From an uncultured delta proteobacterium (lineage in GTDB: Bacteria; Desulfobacterota; Binatia; Binatales; Binataceae): DNA of 64,000 nucleotides. Where the stretch lies: contig CAWBGG010000003.1 of assembly GCA_963788205.1 (NCBI GenBank), forward strand, positions 21,083 through 85,082. Direction: 5' to 3'. The notes under the pieces were generated by a model. It did no database searches, was not told where the DNA came from, and saw only the letters and a program-made list of their open reading frames with translations. The position numbers and the translations under genes are program-made. Shown in pieces: positions 29,778-38,415 of this stretch. Each line of letters starts with the position of its first letter. Positions within the stretch are counted from its first letter, which is position 1.

Positions 29778-31890
29778 GCAGCGGCTGCCTTGGAGCATCC
29801 ACGAGAATCCGTCGCTCGACCAATGGGTCGATTTCAGCCAATGGGGTGTCGCGCGCGTGTTTTCCGCCAAGGTCGAGCTCGGACAGGGCATCGTGACCGC
29901 GGTCGCACAAATCGCCGCCGAGGAATTGAGGCTCCCGATGTCGCAGGTCGTGCTGGTCTCGGGCGACACTCGCTGTTGCCCCAACGAGAGCTACACCGTC
30001 GGCAGCATGTCGATCGAGATCGGCGGAACGTCGGTCAGGATGGCGTGCGCAGAAGCGCGATATGCGCTCGTCGAGCAGGCGGCGCACTTGCTCCAAGCCG
30101 ATCCGTCGCGAATCACCGTTGATGGCGGCCTGATCCTGATGGATGGCAAACCGTCCGGCCTGGATTACTGGCAAGTCGCGGCGCACGTGGACTGGAAACG
30201 CCCGGTCACCGGCGCGATCGCCTTCACTCCACCAGGGGCGCACATCGGTCGCAGCGTCCCGCGGCTGGACCTTCCATCGAAGCTGGCCGGCGGCGCATTC
30301 ATCCACGACCTGGAGATGCCCGGCATGCTGCACGGACGCGTGCTACGGCCGCCGTCGTACGGCGCCCGCCTGGAATCGCTCGATCGCTCGCGGGCCCAGG
30401 CGCTGCCCGGCGTGGTCAACATCTGGTGCAGCGGCGATTTCGTCGGGGTCTGCTGTGAACGGGAATACCAAGCCGTCAAGGCCTTGGAAGCGCTGCGCGC
30501 AGGCGCGCGCTGGCTCGAGAGCGAAACGGCTCACGATGGCCGAAGCTGGAAGGAATTACTCCCTTCGCTTCGCGCCATCGATTCCGAAGCGGAGGTTGGT
30601 ACGCACCCGGCGTCCGTGGCGAACCTGCGGCGAGTGTCCGCCACTTACTCGAAGCCGCCGCTGGCACACGCGTCGATGGCGCCCTCATGCGCGATTGCTC
30701 GCTTCGACGACGATCGGGTTACGGTCTGGACCCATTCGCAGGGAGTCTTTCCACTGCGGGACGCACTGGCCGGCGCCTTGGGACTAGAGCGCGAACCAAT
30801 CGCTGTGATTCATGTGCAGGGCGCCGGAGTGTACGGCCATAACGGCGCCGATGACGCCGCGCTCGATGCTGCCTTGCTCGCGCGGCAGGTTCCTGGCCTC
30901 CCGGTGCGGTTGCAGTGGACGCGCGATGACGAACTCGCCTGGTCGCCGCTCGGTTCGCCGATGGTCTTGAAGATCGACGGCGCGGTGACGCCCGCCGGCC
31001 ATATCGCTGAGTGGACCGCGAATATCTGGAGCGGACCGCATGGCCGGCAACCCTCGCGCGGCGCGGTCAATCTGTTGGGCGCGTCTCACATCGATCCGCC
31101 GATTCCGTTCCCTGAAGCTTACGAAATGCTCGGCGCATTCGCCGGCGGCGCGCGCAACTCCGAGCCCGCCTACGACTTGGCCCATCGCAAGATAGTCCTG
31201 CATAGCCTGCCGGGCCTCCCGTTCCGCACCTCATCGCTGCGCACTCTCGGGGGCTACGCGAATGTATTCGCCACCGAGTCATTCATGGATGAACTGGCTT
31301 CGGCCGCCGGCGCCGACCCGGTCGAGTTTAGGCTGCGCCATCTCTCGGATCCTCGCGCCCGTCAGGTGATCGAGACCGCAGCGCGGCTCTCGGAGTGGCA
31401 ACCCGATGCCGAGCGTGGGACCGGACGCGCGAAGGGGATCGGCTTCAGTCGCTACAAGAACACCGCAGCCTACGTAGCCGTAGTTGCGGAGGTCAACGTC
31501 GAGATCGAGCCGCGAGTCACCAACGCCTGGTGTGCAGTCAACGCGGGATTGGCGATCAATCCGGATGGCGTCATCAATCAGATCGAGGGCGGCATCGTGC
31601 AATCGATTAGCTGGACGCTGAAAGAAGAGGCCGGTTTCGATGGCCGCCGCGTGACTACCCGTAACTGGGATCAGTATCGCATTCTTCGCTTCAGCGAGGC
31701 GCCGGAACTGAAGGTCGAATTGATCCAGCGGCAGGAGTGCCCGCCGCTGGGCGTGGGCGAGGCGGCTCAGGGCCCCGCGGCCGCGGCGGTGGCGAATGCG
31801 GTCGCGCGCGCTCTCGACTTGCGAATCCGTGACCTGCCGATTACACGCGCGAGGATAATCGCTGCGACCAGCGGCGCAACCTCGCCCTGA
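29770..31890 (+). CDS. Molybdopterin-binding large subunit (nicotinate/isoquinoline dehydrogenase-like)
   Basis: KVELGQG, HASMAPS, YGHNGADDAA, NPDGVINQIEGG, GVGEAAQGP. Confidence 0.9.
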   Translation: MTEQRLPWSIHENPSLDQWVDFSQWGVARVFSAKVELGQGIVTAVAQIAAEELRLPMSQVVLVSGDTRCCPNESYTVGSMSIEIGGTSVRMACAEARYALVEQAAHLLQADPSRITVDGGLILMDGKPSGLDYWQVAAHVDWKRPVTGAIAFTPPGAHIGRSVPRLDLPSKLAGGAFIHDLEMPGMLHGRVLRPPSYGARLESLDRSRAQALPGVVNIWCSGDFVGVCCEREYQAVKALEALRAGARWLESETAHDGRSWKELLPSLRAIDSEAEVGTHPASVANLRRVSATYSKPPLAHASMAPSCAIARFDDDRVTVWTHSQGVFPLRDALAGALGLEREPIAVIHVQGAGVYGHNGADDAALDAALLARQVPGLPVRLQWTRDDELAWSPLGSPMVLKIDGAVTPAGHIAEWTANIWSGPHGRQPSRGAVNLLGASHIDPPIPFPEAYEMLGAFAGGARNSEPAYDLAHRKIVLHSLPGLPFRTSSLRTLGGYANVFATESFMDELASAAGADPVEFRLRHLSDPRARQVIETAARLSEWQPDAERGTGRAKGIGFSRYKNTAAYVAVVAEVNVEIEPRVTNAWCAVNAGLAINPDGVINQIEGGIVQSISWTLKEEAGFDGRRVTTRNWDQYRILRFSEAPELKVELIQRQECPPLGVGEAAQGPAAAAVANAVARALDLRIRDLPITRARIIAATSGATSP

Positions 31891-31896
31891 CCACCT

Positions 31897-31941
31897 TGGC
31901 TTGCAAAGCCGCGGCGCTGCCGCTAAGACCAGCATGCACCG
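31897..31941 (+). repeat. Promoter-containing direct repeat, copy 2 (45-bp core)
   Basis: TGGCTTGCAAAGCCGCGGCGCTGCCGCTAAGACCAGCATGCACCG. Confidence 0.9.
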
Positions 31942-31987
31942 AGATTGTTCGCCGCGCTCCGCCTGATCAAGGCCGCACCGGATCGTA

Positions 31988-33697
31988 TCAGCGCTCGCCG
32001 GGCGTGAGCTGGGGGGTAAGCTCAGTACTTGCGGTTGCTCCAGCGTTCACGGTGATGGAAGCTGGATTCCCGAAGGCGGGTGTGGCCTCGACCGCATCTG
32101 AAGACGACGTATACCAACGGACATAATCCGCCATCATTGGTTGCGGGTTGATCAGGCCACCGGTCGAACCGCCCAAGGTGCCGCCGACCGCCACATTCAT
32201 GATCAGGAAAATATCGGCATCAAATGGCCACGTGTCTCCCTGCGGAAGGTCGCCTGCCGTGACAATGAAAAACGGTGCTGATGGATTGTCCACATAAAAC
32301 TCCATCATGTCCGCGGACCAAATCACCCCGTAGGTATGGAAGGCGGTGTCCGATTGCTGGCCGCTGGGGAACTCGTAAGTCTCCGGGATTCCGGTACCTC
32401 CAGTCTCGGCCGTGTGAATAGTCAACACGACCCCTGCGGGACCTGGTCCGTAGGCAACTTGAGCGGACCAGTCCTCCATGAAATCCGCTTCGCCGCAATT
32501 GGGCCACGAAGTCTCTGGGTAGTCGCTGCCGAGGGACCAAAAGGCGGGCCAAAGGCCTGGCTTGGTCGTATCAGGAATATGGAGACTGGCCTCGATCAGG
32601 CCGTACTGAAAGTTTTCTAGGCCTTCCGTCTTCATGCGGGTTGAGAGCCATGTTTCATTGTTGTTGATCGGCTGAATCACGAGGTGCCCGTCACCATCGA
32701 TATATACGGTGTTGGTAGTAGTGCTGAACTCAGTCGGACACTGTGACGGATTACCCGGGTATCCCGGAGGCCCGCAGTAGACTTCCACCTCCTTGTTGCC
32801 CCAACCATGATTGTTCCCGAGGTCAAAACTCCACACGGTGGTGTCCGGAGGAGCTGCAGCGCCGTTAAATTCCTGACACCATTGCGGCGTCCACGTCACC
32901 GACCCCGTTGTAATGGTGGGAACGCCGCTGCAGCTTGGGGTGGTGGTGCAGGTCACCGCCACGTTCGTGACATTCGCCCGGCCTACCGTTCCGGTGCTGT
33001 TCTTTACGGAGCAGGGTTGGGCGGGAGCAGCAGGCTGACTAAGAACTGTGACGCTGTAGGTGCTCCCGGCGGCGATCTTGCTGCTGAACGTGAAAGAACC
33101 GTTCGCGGTTACCGCGAGGTTGTTACTCCCGTTGTTCTGAAGGACGAGCCCCGAGCCGCTAAGGGCCGAGACCGTACCGCCGATGGTGTGCTCTGCCGGC
33201 GATGGCGTCGCCGTGGCTTTCCCGTGCAAATCGACGCTAGCCCTGGTTGGCCCGCTGGTCGCACTACTGGTGATAAGGATGGTCCCGTCCACGTTCTTGC
33301 CGGGTTCGTCGGGGGTGAACTCAACGTCGACCGCAATGCTGCTCTCGCTGCCGCCCTCTCCCTTGCCGGGAATCGTAGTGTCCCCGCCGCCCGACGTGAT
33401 GACGTAGTGGGGATTCGAGGGCGGGCCGACGCTTACGTCCAGCGGCAGCTTCCCGTCGTTCGTGATGGTGAAGTGCCGGGTCTCGGAGGTCTTTTTGTCG
33501 AGGTTGAGGTCGTAGATCAGCGTCGTGGCCGAGATAGAAAGTTTACTTACGGCTGCCTTGCCGTCTGGTGGCGCATCTTCATCCGATTGCGTCAACGCCG
33601 GGCGCGCAGACGCGGCCAGCACAAGTAGCAGCGAGAAACTGAGGCCCGCGATTGACCGCGTAATCGACTTGAAGCGCGTCGCCTGTGCCTCCTTCAT
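31988..33697 (-). CDS. Secreted Ig-like plus GH16 (laminarinase-like) glycoside hydrolase
   Basis: Signal peptide; GLWPAFW..G...WP.CGEADFME (ExDxxE), FHTYGVIW, MNVAVGG, DYVRWY. Confidence 0.88.
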   Translation of the reverse strand: MKEAQATRFKSITRSIAGLSFSLLLVLAASARPALTQSDEDAPPDGKAAVSKLSISATTLIYDLNLDKKTSETRHFTITNDGKLPLDVSVGPPSNPHYVITSGGGDTTIPGKGEGGSESSIAVDVEFTPDEPGKNVDGTILITSSATSGPTRASVDLHGKATATPSPAEHTIGGTVSALSGSGLVLQNNGSNNLAVTANGSFTFSSKIAAGSTYSVTVLSQPAAPAQPCSVKNSTGTVGRANVTNVAVTCTTTPSCSGVPTITTGSVTWTPQWCQEFNGAAAPPDTTVWSFDLGNNHGWGNKEVEVYCGPPGYPGNPSQCPTEFSTTTNTVYIDGDGHLVIQPINNNETWLSTRMKTEGLENFQYGLIEASLHIPDTTKPGLWPAFWSLGSDYPETSWPNCGEADFMEDWSAQVAYGPGPAGVVLTIHTAETGGTGIPETYEFPSGQQSDTAFHTYGVIWSADMMEFYVDNPSAPFFIVTAGDLPQGDTWPFDADIFLIMNVAVGGTLGGSTGGLINPQPMMADYVRWYTSSSDAVEATPAFGNPASITVNAGATASTELTPQLTPGER

Positions 33698-33804
33698 ACT
33701 CCGCTCGGAAAACACTCCAGTTTCGCGCGGCAGGCGTCAACCAGGGTGAGCGAAACCGCGCGGCGATGTTTCGCCACCCGAGGGCGGCGAAGTTGTAAAC
33801 CAAA

Positions 33805-33894
33805 CGGCAAGCTGGCTTGCAAAGCCGCGGCACTGCGGCTAAGACCAGCATGCACCGGCGCTGCGCGTCGCGATTTCGCGGCGCGTCGAGCGAT
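33805..33894 (+). promoter_or_regulatory. Direct repeat copy 3; candidate sigma70 promoter for 33917..34213
   Basis: TTGCAA (33817)-N17-TAAGAC (33840). Confidence 0.75.
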
Positions 33895-33916
33895 CAAACC
33901 GACCAAGGAGCAAGCG

Positions 33917-34213
33917 ATGTCGATAATCGTGGTCGCCAGATTAAAGGCCAAACAGGGCAGTGAAAAAATCCTCGAAGATGCGTGCCGCGCGATGGTGCCC
34001 AACGTCCGTGGCGAGGCCGGAACCGAGAGCTATATCTGTCACCGCTCGGTCCCCGATCCCACGGTTTTTCTCTTCTATGAGGTCTACAAGGACCAGGCCG
34101 CATTCGAGGCCCACGGCAACACGCCGTACATGGCCGAGTTCCTAAAGGCCCTGCGTGGCAACCTCGACGGCCACCCGCAGATCGACATGCTGAGCGTGCT
34201 GGACAAGAAATAG
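33917..34213 (+). CDS. Putative quinol monooxygenase (ABM domain)
   Basis: AAGGAG RBS; FLFYEVYKDQAAFEAHGNTPY. Confidence 0.9.
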   Translation: MSIIVVARLKAKQGSEKILEDACRAMVPNVRGEAGTESYICHRSVPDPTVFLFYEVYKDQAAFEAHGNTPYMAEFLKALRGNLDGHPQIDMLSVLDKK

Positions 34214-34243
34214 GATTGCCGCCGCGCCACTCGTCCTGGCGCG

Positions 34244-35107
34244 CTAGCCCAGGAACGCGAGAATCTCGCGATTCACGATCTCCGGCGCTTCGCGCTGGCA
34301 GAAATGGCCACAGCGTTCGAGTTTCTTGAACGTCAGACGCTTAAAGTAATCCTTTAGGTTGTCGCTCCACGCGACCGGGATGATCGAGTCGCTGTCGCCC
34401 CACAGCACCATCGTGGGATGTTCGATCGTCCAGCCCGGCGTCAGCGCGGTGATCGGCGCGCGCCGGAACGCCCGATAGTTGTTGAACCCTCCGCGCAGCG
34501 CGCCGGGCTGGCTGAACGCCTCGACATACTGCGCGACCTCCGCGTCGCTGAAGAGGTTTTTGTCGTACGACCAGTGGGAGAGAAAGTGGCGCAAGTAGAG
34601 TTCGGTCGCGCGCCGCGATGAGCCCACCAGATCTTCCGCCAACTGCAACTGGTGGAAACTCTGGTACCAGGTCTCCTGGATGTGCGTGATGTCGAACCAT
34701 CGCATCCCGACGCCGGGGTACGGCGGATCGAACAACACCAACCGGCGCAACGCGTTGGGATACTTGAGCGCGAACGCCTGCGCCACGATCGCGCCAATGT
34801 CGTATGCAACGATATCGACCGTGCCCAGCTTGAGCGCGCCGATGAGCCCCATCACGTCGCCGGCGTGAGCCTCGTCGGTGTAGCCCTGCTCGGGCGGCAG
34901 GTCGGGCTTGTCGGAGTACCCGAAGCCGCGCAGGTCCGGCGCGATCACGTCGAAGCGGCGGGCGAGCTCGCCGATGTTGAGATGCCAGTCGAACCAGAAC
35001 CCCGGCCATCCATGCAGCAGAATGACGGGCGTGCCCTGCCCCTCGCGCACGTAATGAATCTTGATCGCGCCGACCTGCGCATTATGGTGATGAAATTGCT
35101 CGGCCAT
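34244..35107 (-). CDS. Alpha/beta hydrolase (epoxide hydrolase-like)
   Basis: HGWP, PDLRGFG, YDIG Asp nucleophile, NNYR, CGHF. Confidence 0.9.
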   Translation of the reverse strand: MAEQFHHHNAQVGAIKIHYVREGQGTPVILLHGWPGFWFDWHLNIGELARRFDVIAPDLRGFGYSDKPDLPPEQGYTDEAHAGDVMGLIGALKLGTVDIVAYDIGAIVAQAFALKYPNALRRLVLFDPPYPGVGMRWFDITHIQETWYQSFHQLQLAEDLVGSSRRATELYLRHFLSHWSYDKNLFSDAEVAQYVEAFSQPGALRGGFNNYRAFRRAPITALTPGWTIEHPTMVLWGDSDSIIPVAWSDNLKDYFKRLTFKKLERCGHFCQREAPEIVNREILAFLG

Positions 35108-35238
35108 TTGCTTCCTCCGCTCGGCGATGACGCTGATGCCGATCCGAAGCAGTAGCGCGTCGCGGACGCGGTTTTCAATCCGCCGACGGCGCGCTATAGA
35201 CTCGATACAGGAGAAACTCTGGAGAGGATGAAACTCTG

Positions 35239-36531
35239 ATGCCGGCGAGACTCGCGCTCCTGGGCGGCCAGCCCGTCCGCACCCGTCCCTTCACGCGCTG
35301 GCCCATCTTCGACGAGCGTGAACGCGCCGAGCTGGATGACGTGCTGCGCTCGGGGAGTTGGGGCGGCTTTCCGTCGCCCAATCGCAAGGCGCGAGAATTT
35401 GTGGCGCGCTTCGCGTCGATGCAAAGCGTGCAGTATGCGATCCCTACTTCGTCGGGCACCAGCGCGCTGGAAGTCGCGCTCAAGGCGCTCGGCGTCGGCG
35501 CCGGCGACGAAGTGATCGTCCCGGCGATCACCTTCTGCGCCACCGCTTACGCCGCGGTCGCCTGCATGGCGCGTCCAATCTTTGCCGACGTGCGCGCCGA
35601 CAGCGTCTGTATCGATCCCGATTCGGTCAGCCGCCTGATCACGCCGCGCACCCGCGCGATCGTGCCGGTCCACTACGGCGCGACCGTCGCCGACCTCGAC
35701 GCGCTAATTGAAACCGCGCGCGGCCGCTCGATCGCGATCGTCGAGGACTGCGCGCACGTGCCGGGTGCGCAATGGCGCGGCCGAGGCGTCGGCGGATGGG
35801 GCGCGCTCGGATGCTTCAGCTTTCAGTCCTCAAAGCCGATGACCGCGGGCGAGGGCGGGTTGATCACGACCAACGATCCGGAGCTGGGAAACCGCTGCCA
35901 ATCGTTGATCAACTGCGGGCGCCGGCGCCCCGGCGAGAGTTTCGCGATGCCGCTGCTCGGCGCGAACTATCGGATGACCGAGTGGCAGTGCGCGATCCTG
36001 CTCGCCCAGCTCGAGCGGCTGCCCCATCAGATCGAGCTCAAGCGCGCGATGGCGGAGCGGCTGCGCGCGGCGCTGGGAAAAATCCCCGGCGTGATTCCGC
36101 TCGTGCCCGACGCGCGCGTCACCCGGCCGGTGATCTACGCGTTCCTTTTCCGCGTCGATCCCGAAGCGCTGGGCGTTTCGCGTAATCGCTTTTTGCGCGC
36201 GCTGCAAGCTGAAGGCGTCCCATGCGGAATCGGCAACGAGCCGGTCTATCGCTCGCCGCTGTTTCCGCTCGATGCGCCCGCGTATCAACGCGCGTGCGAG
36301 GCCGCGGGTGCTAGGGCCGCAGCCGCGCGCGAATTCCAATGCCCGGTCGCGGAGCGGCTGTTCGGGCATGAGCTGGTCGCGATTCCGCATGAGTTCCTGC
36401 TCGGCGGCGCCGATGACGTGGACCAGATTGTCGCCGCGATTGAAAAGGTGGCCGCCAATACCGGCGAGCTGGCGAGCGCGAAAATCGATCGCGCGGCGCT
36501 CGAAGTTTCTCCCGCTCGGGCGCCATCCTGA
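35239..36531 (+). CDS. DegT/DnrJ/EryC1/StrS PLP aminotransferase
   Basis: SGTSAL, EDCAH, FSFQSSKPMTAGEGG, NYRM. Confidence 0.92.
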   Translation: MPARLALLGGQPVRTRPFTRWPIFDERERAELDDVLRSGSWGGFPSPNRKAREFVARFASMQSVQYAIPTSSGTSALEVALKALGVGAGDEVIVPAITFCATAYAAVACMARPIFADVRADSVCIDPDSVSRLITPRTRAIVPVHYGATVADLDALIETARGRSIAIVEDCAHVPGAQWRGRGVGGWGALGCFSFQSSKPMTAGEGGLITTNDPELGNRCQSLINCGRRRPGESFAMPLLGANYRMTEWQCAILLAQLERLPHQIELKRAMAERLRAALGKIPGVIPLVPDARVTRPVIYAFLFRVDPEALGVSRNRFLRALQAEGVPCGIGNEPVYRSPLFPLDAPAYQRACEAAGARAAAAREFQCPVAERLFGHELVAIPHEFLLGGADDVDQIVAAIEKVAANTGELASAKIDRAALEVSPARAPS

Positions 36532-36554
36532 GTTCCGCTCAAAGGGATTTCCCG

Positions 36555-37913
36555 ATGCTGCTGGCAGGCGCCGCAAGAATCAGGCTCGACCCGCCGCTTG
36601 GCCTCGCGATGGCGGGCTATGGGAGCCGAATCGGCCGCGCCGCCGCCGTGCACGACGATCTCGCGGTGCAGGCGCTGGTGATTGGCGACGGGCAAAACAA
36701 GCTCGCAATCGCCGGCCTCGATCTGCTCGGAATCGGGATGCGGATTGCCGACGACGCCTGCGCGCGCGTCGCCGCCGAATCGGACCTCAGCGCCGACGCG
36801 ATTTTGATCGGCGCCACGCATACCCATTCGGGCCCGTCGTTCAATATCTTCGCAACTCCCAAGCCCGGAGCGCAGGCCGGTCCCGATCGCGATATCGATT
36901 GGGAGCTGGACCTGCCGCGCAAAATCGCGGCGGCGATTCTCGAGGCTGATCGCAATCTGGAACCCGCGCGAATCAGGGTCGCGGGCGCGCATTTTACGCT
37001 CGGCGCCAACCGCCGCCTGCTCACTCCGAGCGGCGAGACCCGCCTGTTCTCCAATTACGCGGGCGTTGCCGATCCCGAGGTCAAGGCGCTCGGCGTCTAC
37101 ACGCGTGACGGCGGCGGGGCGCTCGCGTTCGTCCTCAACTATGCCTGCCACGGCGTGATGCTGTGTGAGGACAATCTTGATTACTCGCGCGACTATCCCG
37201 GCTTCGCGCAGGATGAAATCGAGCGGCTGGCGGCGGCGAACGGCCGCCGCCCGATCGCGATTTTCTTAAACGGCGCGACCGGCAATATCGACCCGCGCCG
37301 GCGCGGGACCTTCGAGGCCGCGTCCGAAGCCGGGACCGAAATGGGCCGCGCAGCTTTCGAGGCGCTGGAGCATGCTCCCGATGTCGCGCAGGCCGCCGTC
37401 GCGGCGCGCCGGATTCCGCTCACGCTCAGGCTCAAGGACCTGAGCGCCGCGCTCGCCACCGCGCGCGCCTACGTCGAGCAGACGGCGTTGTCGTTGAAGG
37501 CGCACCCGGGTGGGCAGTATCGAGCCGAACGCCTGCGTACCGAAAATGAACGCGCGCGGCGGGCCTTGAGCGCGATCGAGAATCTGGAGCGGATCAACCA
37601 TCGCGATCGCCGCGTCAATCCGGAGCGCGGCGAGCTCGCGACGCGCGTGACCGTCGCCCGCGTCGGCGAGATCGCGATCGTCGGCCTTCCCGGTGAGCCG
37701 TTCGTCGAGCTCGGGCTCGCCCTCAAGGCGAATCCGTATTTCCCGCATACTTTTGTGGCCGGCTACTGCAACGACCTGATTCTCTATATTCCGACCCGCG
37801 AGGCCTACGCGCAGGGCGGCTACGAAGTCGAGATGGCGCGGGTCGCGCCCGGCTCGGGCGAGCAGATGGTCGCCTCCGCGCTGAGGTGTCTCGGCGAGTT
37901 GCGCGCCGCCTGA
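36555..37913 (+). CDS. Neutral/alkaline ceramidase N-terminal-domain protein
   Basis: MAGYG, HDDL, ATHTHSGP, NYACH, PGEPF, YIPT...GGYE. Confidence 0.82.
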   Translation: MLLAGAARIRLDPPLGLAMAGYGSRIGRAAAVHDDLAVQALVIGDGQNKLAIAGLDLLGIGMRIADDACARVAAESDLSADAILIGATHTHSGPSFNIFATPKPGAQAGPDRDIDWELDLPRKIAAAILEADRNLEPARIRVAGAHFTLGANRRLLTPSGETRLFSNYAGVADPEVKALGVYTRDGGGALAFVLNYACHGVMLCEDNLDYSRDYPGFAQDEIERLAAANGRRPIAIFLNGATGNIDPRRRGTFEAASEAGTEMGRAAFEALEHAPDVAQAAVAARRIPLTLRLKDLSAALATARAYVEQTALSLKAHPGGQYRAERLRTENERARRALSAIENLERINHRDRRVNPERGELATRVTVARVGEIAIVGLPGEPFVELGLALKANPYFPHTFVAGYCNDLILYIPTREAYAQGGYEVEMARVAPGSGEQMVASALRCLGELRAA

Positions 37914-37939
37914 CCTCGCCAGATCCGTTCGCCGACACC

Positions 37940-38329
37940 ATGGAAATTCTCGGCACCGGCATCGATATGATCGAGGTCGAACGCGTGCGAGACGCGCTCG
38001 AGCGGGAGAGAACCGGCGCGCGCTTTCGCGCCCGCGTGTTCACCGCGCGTGAAATCGCCTACTGCGAGTCGCGCGGCCGCGCCCGCTACCAGAGCTATGC
38101 CGCGCGCTTCGCGGCCAAGGAAGCGGCGATGAAGGCGCTGGGCACCGGATGGAACCGTAACGTCGGATGGAGCGCTATTGAGGTGGCGCGTGAACGCGGC
38201 CATGCCCCGACGATCGTGCTCTCGGGCAAGGCCGCCGCCTTCGCCGCCCGCAAGGGCGTCAAGCGCTTTCACCTGAGTATCACGCACACCGCGACCAGCG
38301 CGATCGCCCACGTGATCGCGGAGGGGTAG
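37940..38329 (+). CDS. acpS: Holo-ACP synthase
   Basis: GTGIDMIE, RFAAKEAAMKALGTG, LSITH. Confidence 0.95.
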   Translation: MEILGTGIDMIEVERVRDALERERTGARFRARVFTAREIAYCESRGRARYQSYAARFAAKEAAMKALGTGWNRNVGWSAIEVARERGHAPTIVLSGKAAAFAARKGVKRFHLSITHTATSAIAHVIAEG

Positions 38330-38415
38330 GGGACAATCAGCGGCCTGTCGCGCTGCGTTACGGAAACTCGCTATCCTTATCTCTTCGCGATGCGATCCCT
38401 TCGCGTCGCTCAATC

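Noticed and set aside
29142-33894. Repeats as a CRISPR array or integron attC sites
   Set aside because: Spacing is kilobases, no cas genes, no RYYYAAC/GTTRRRY boundaries and no intI
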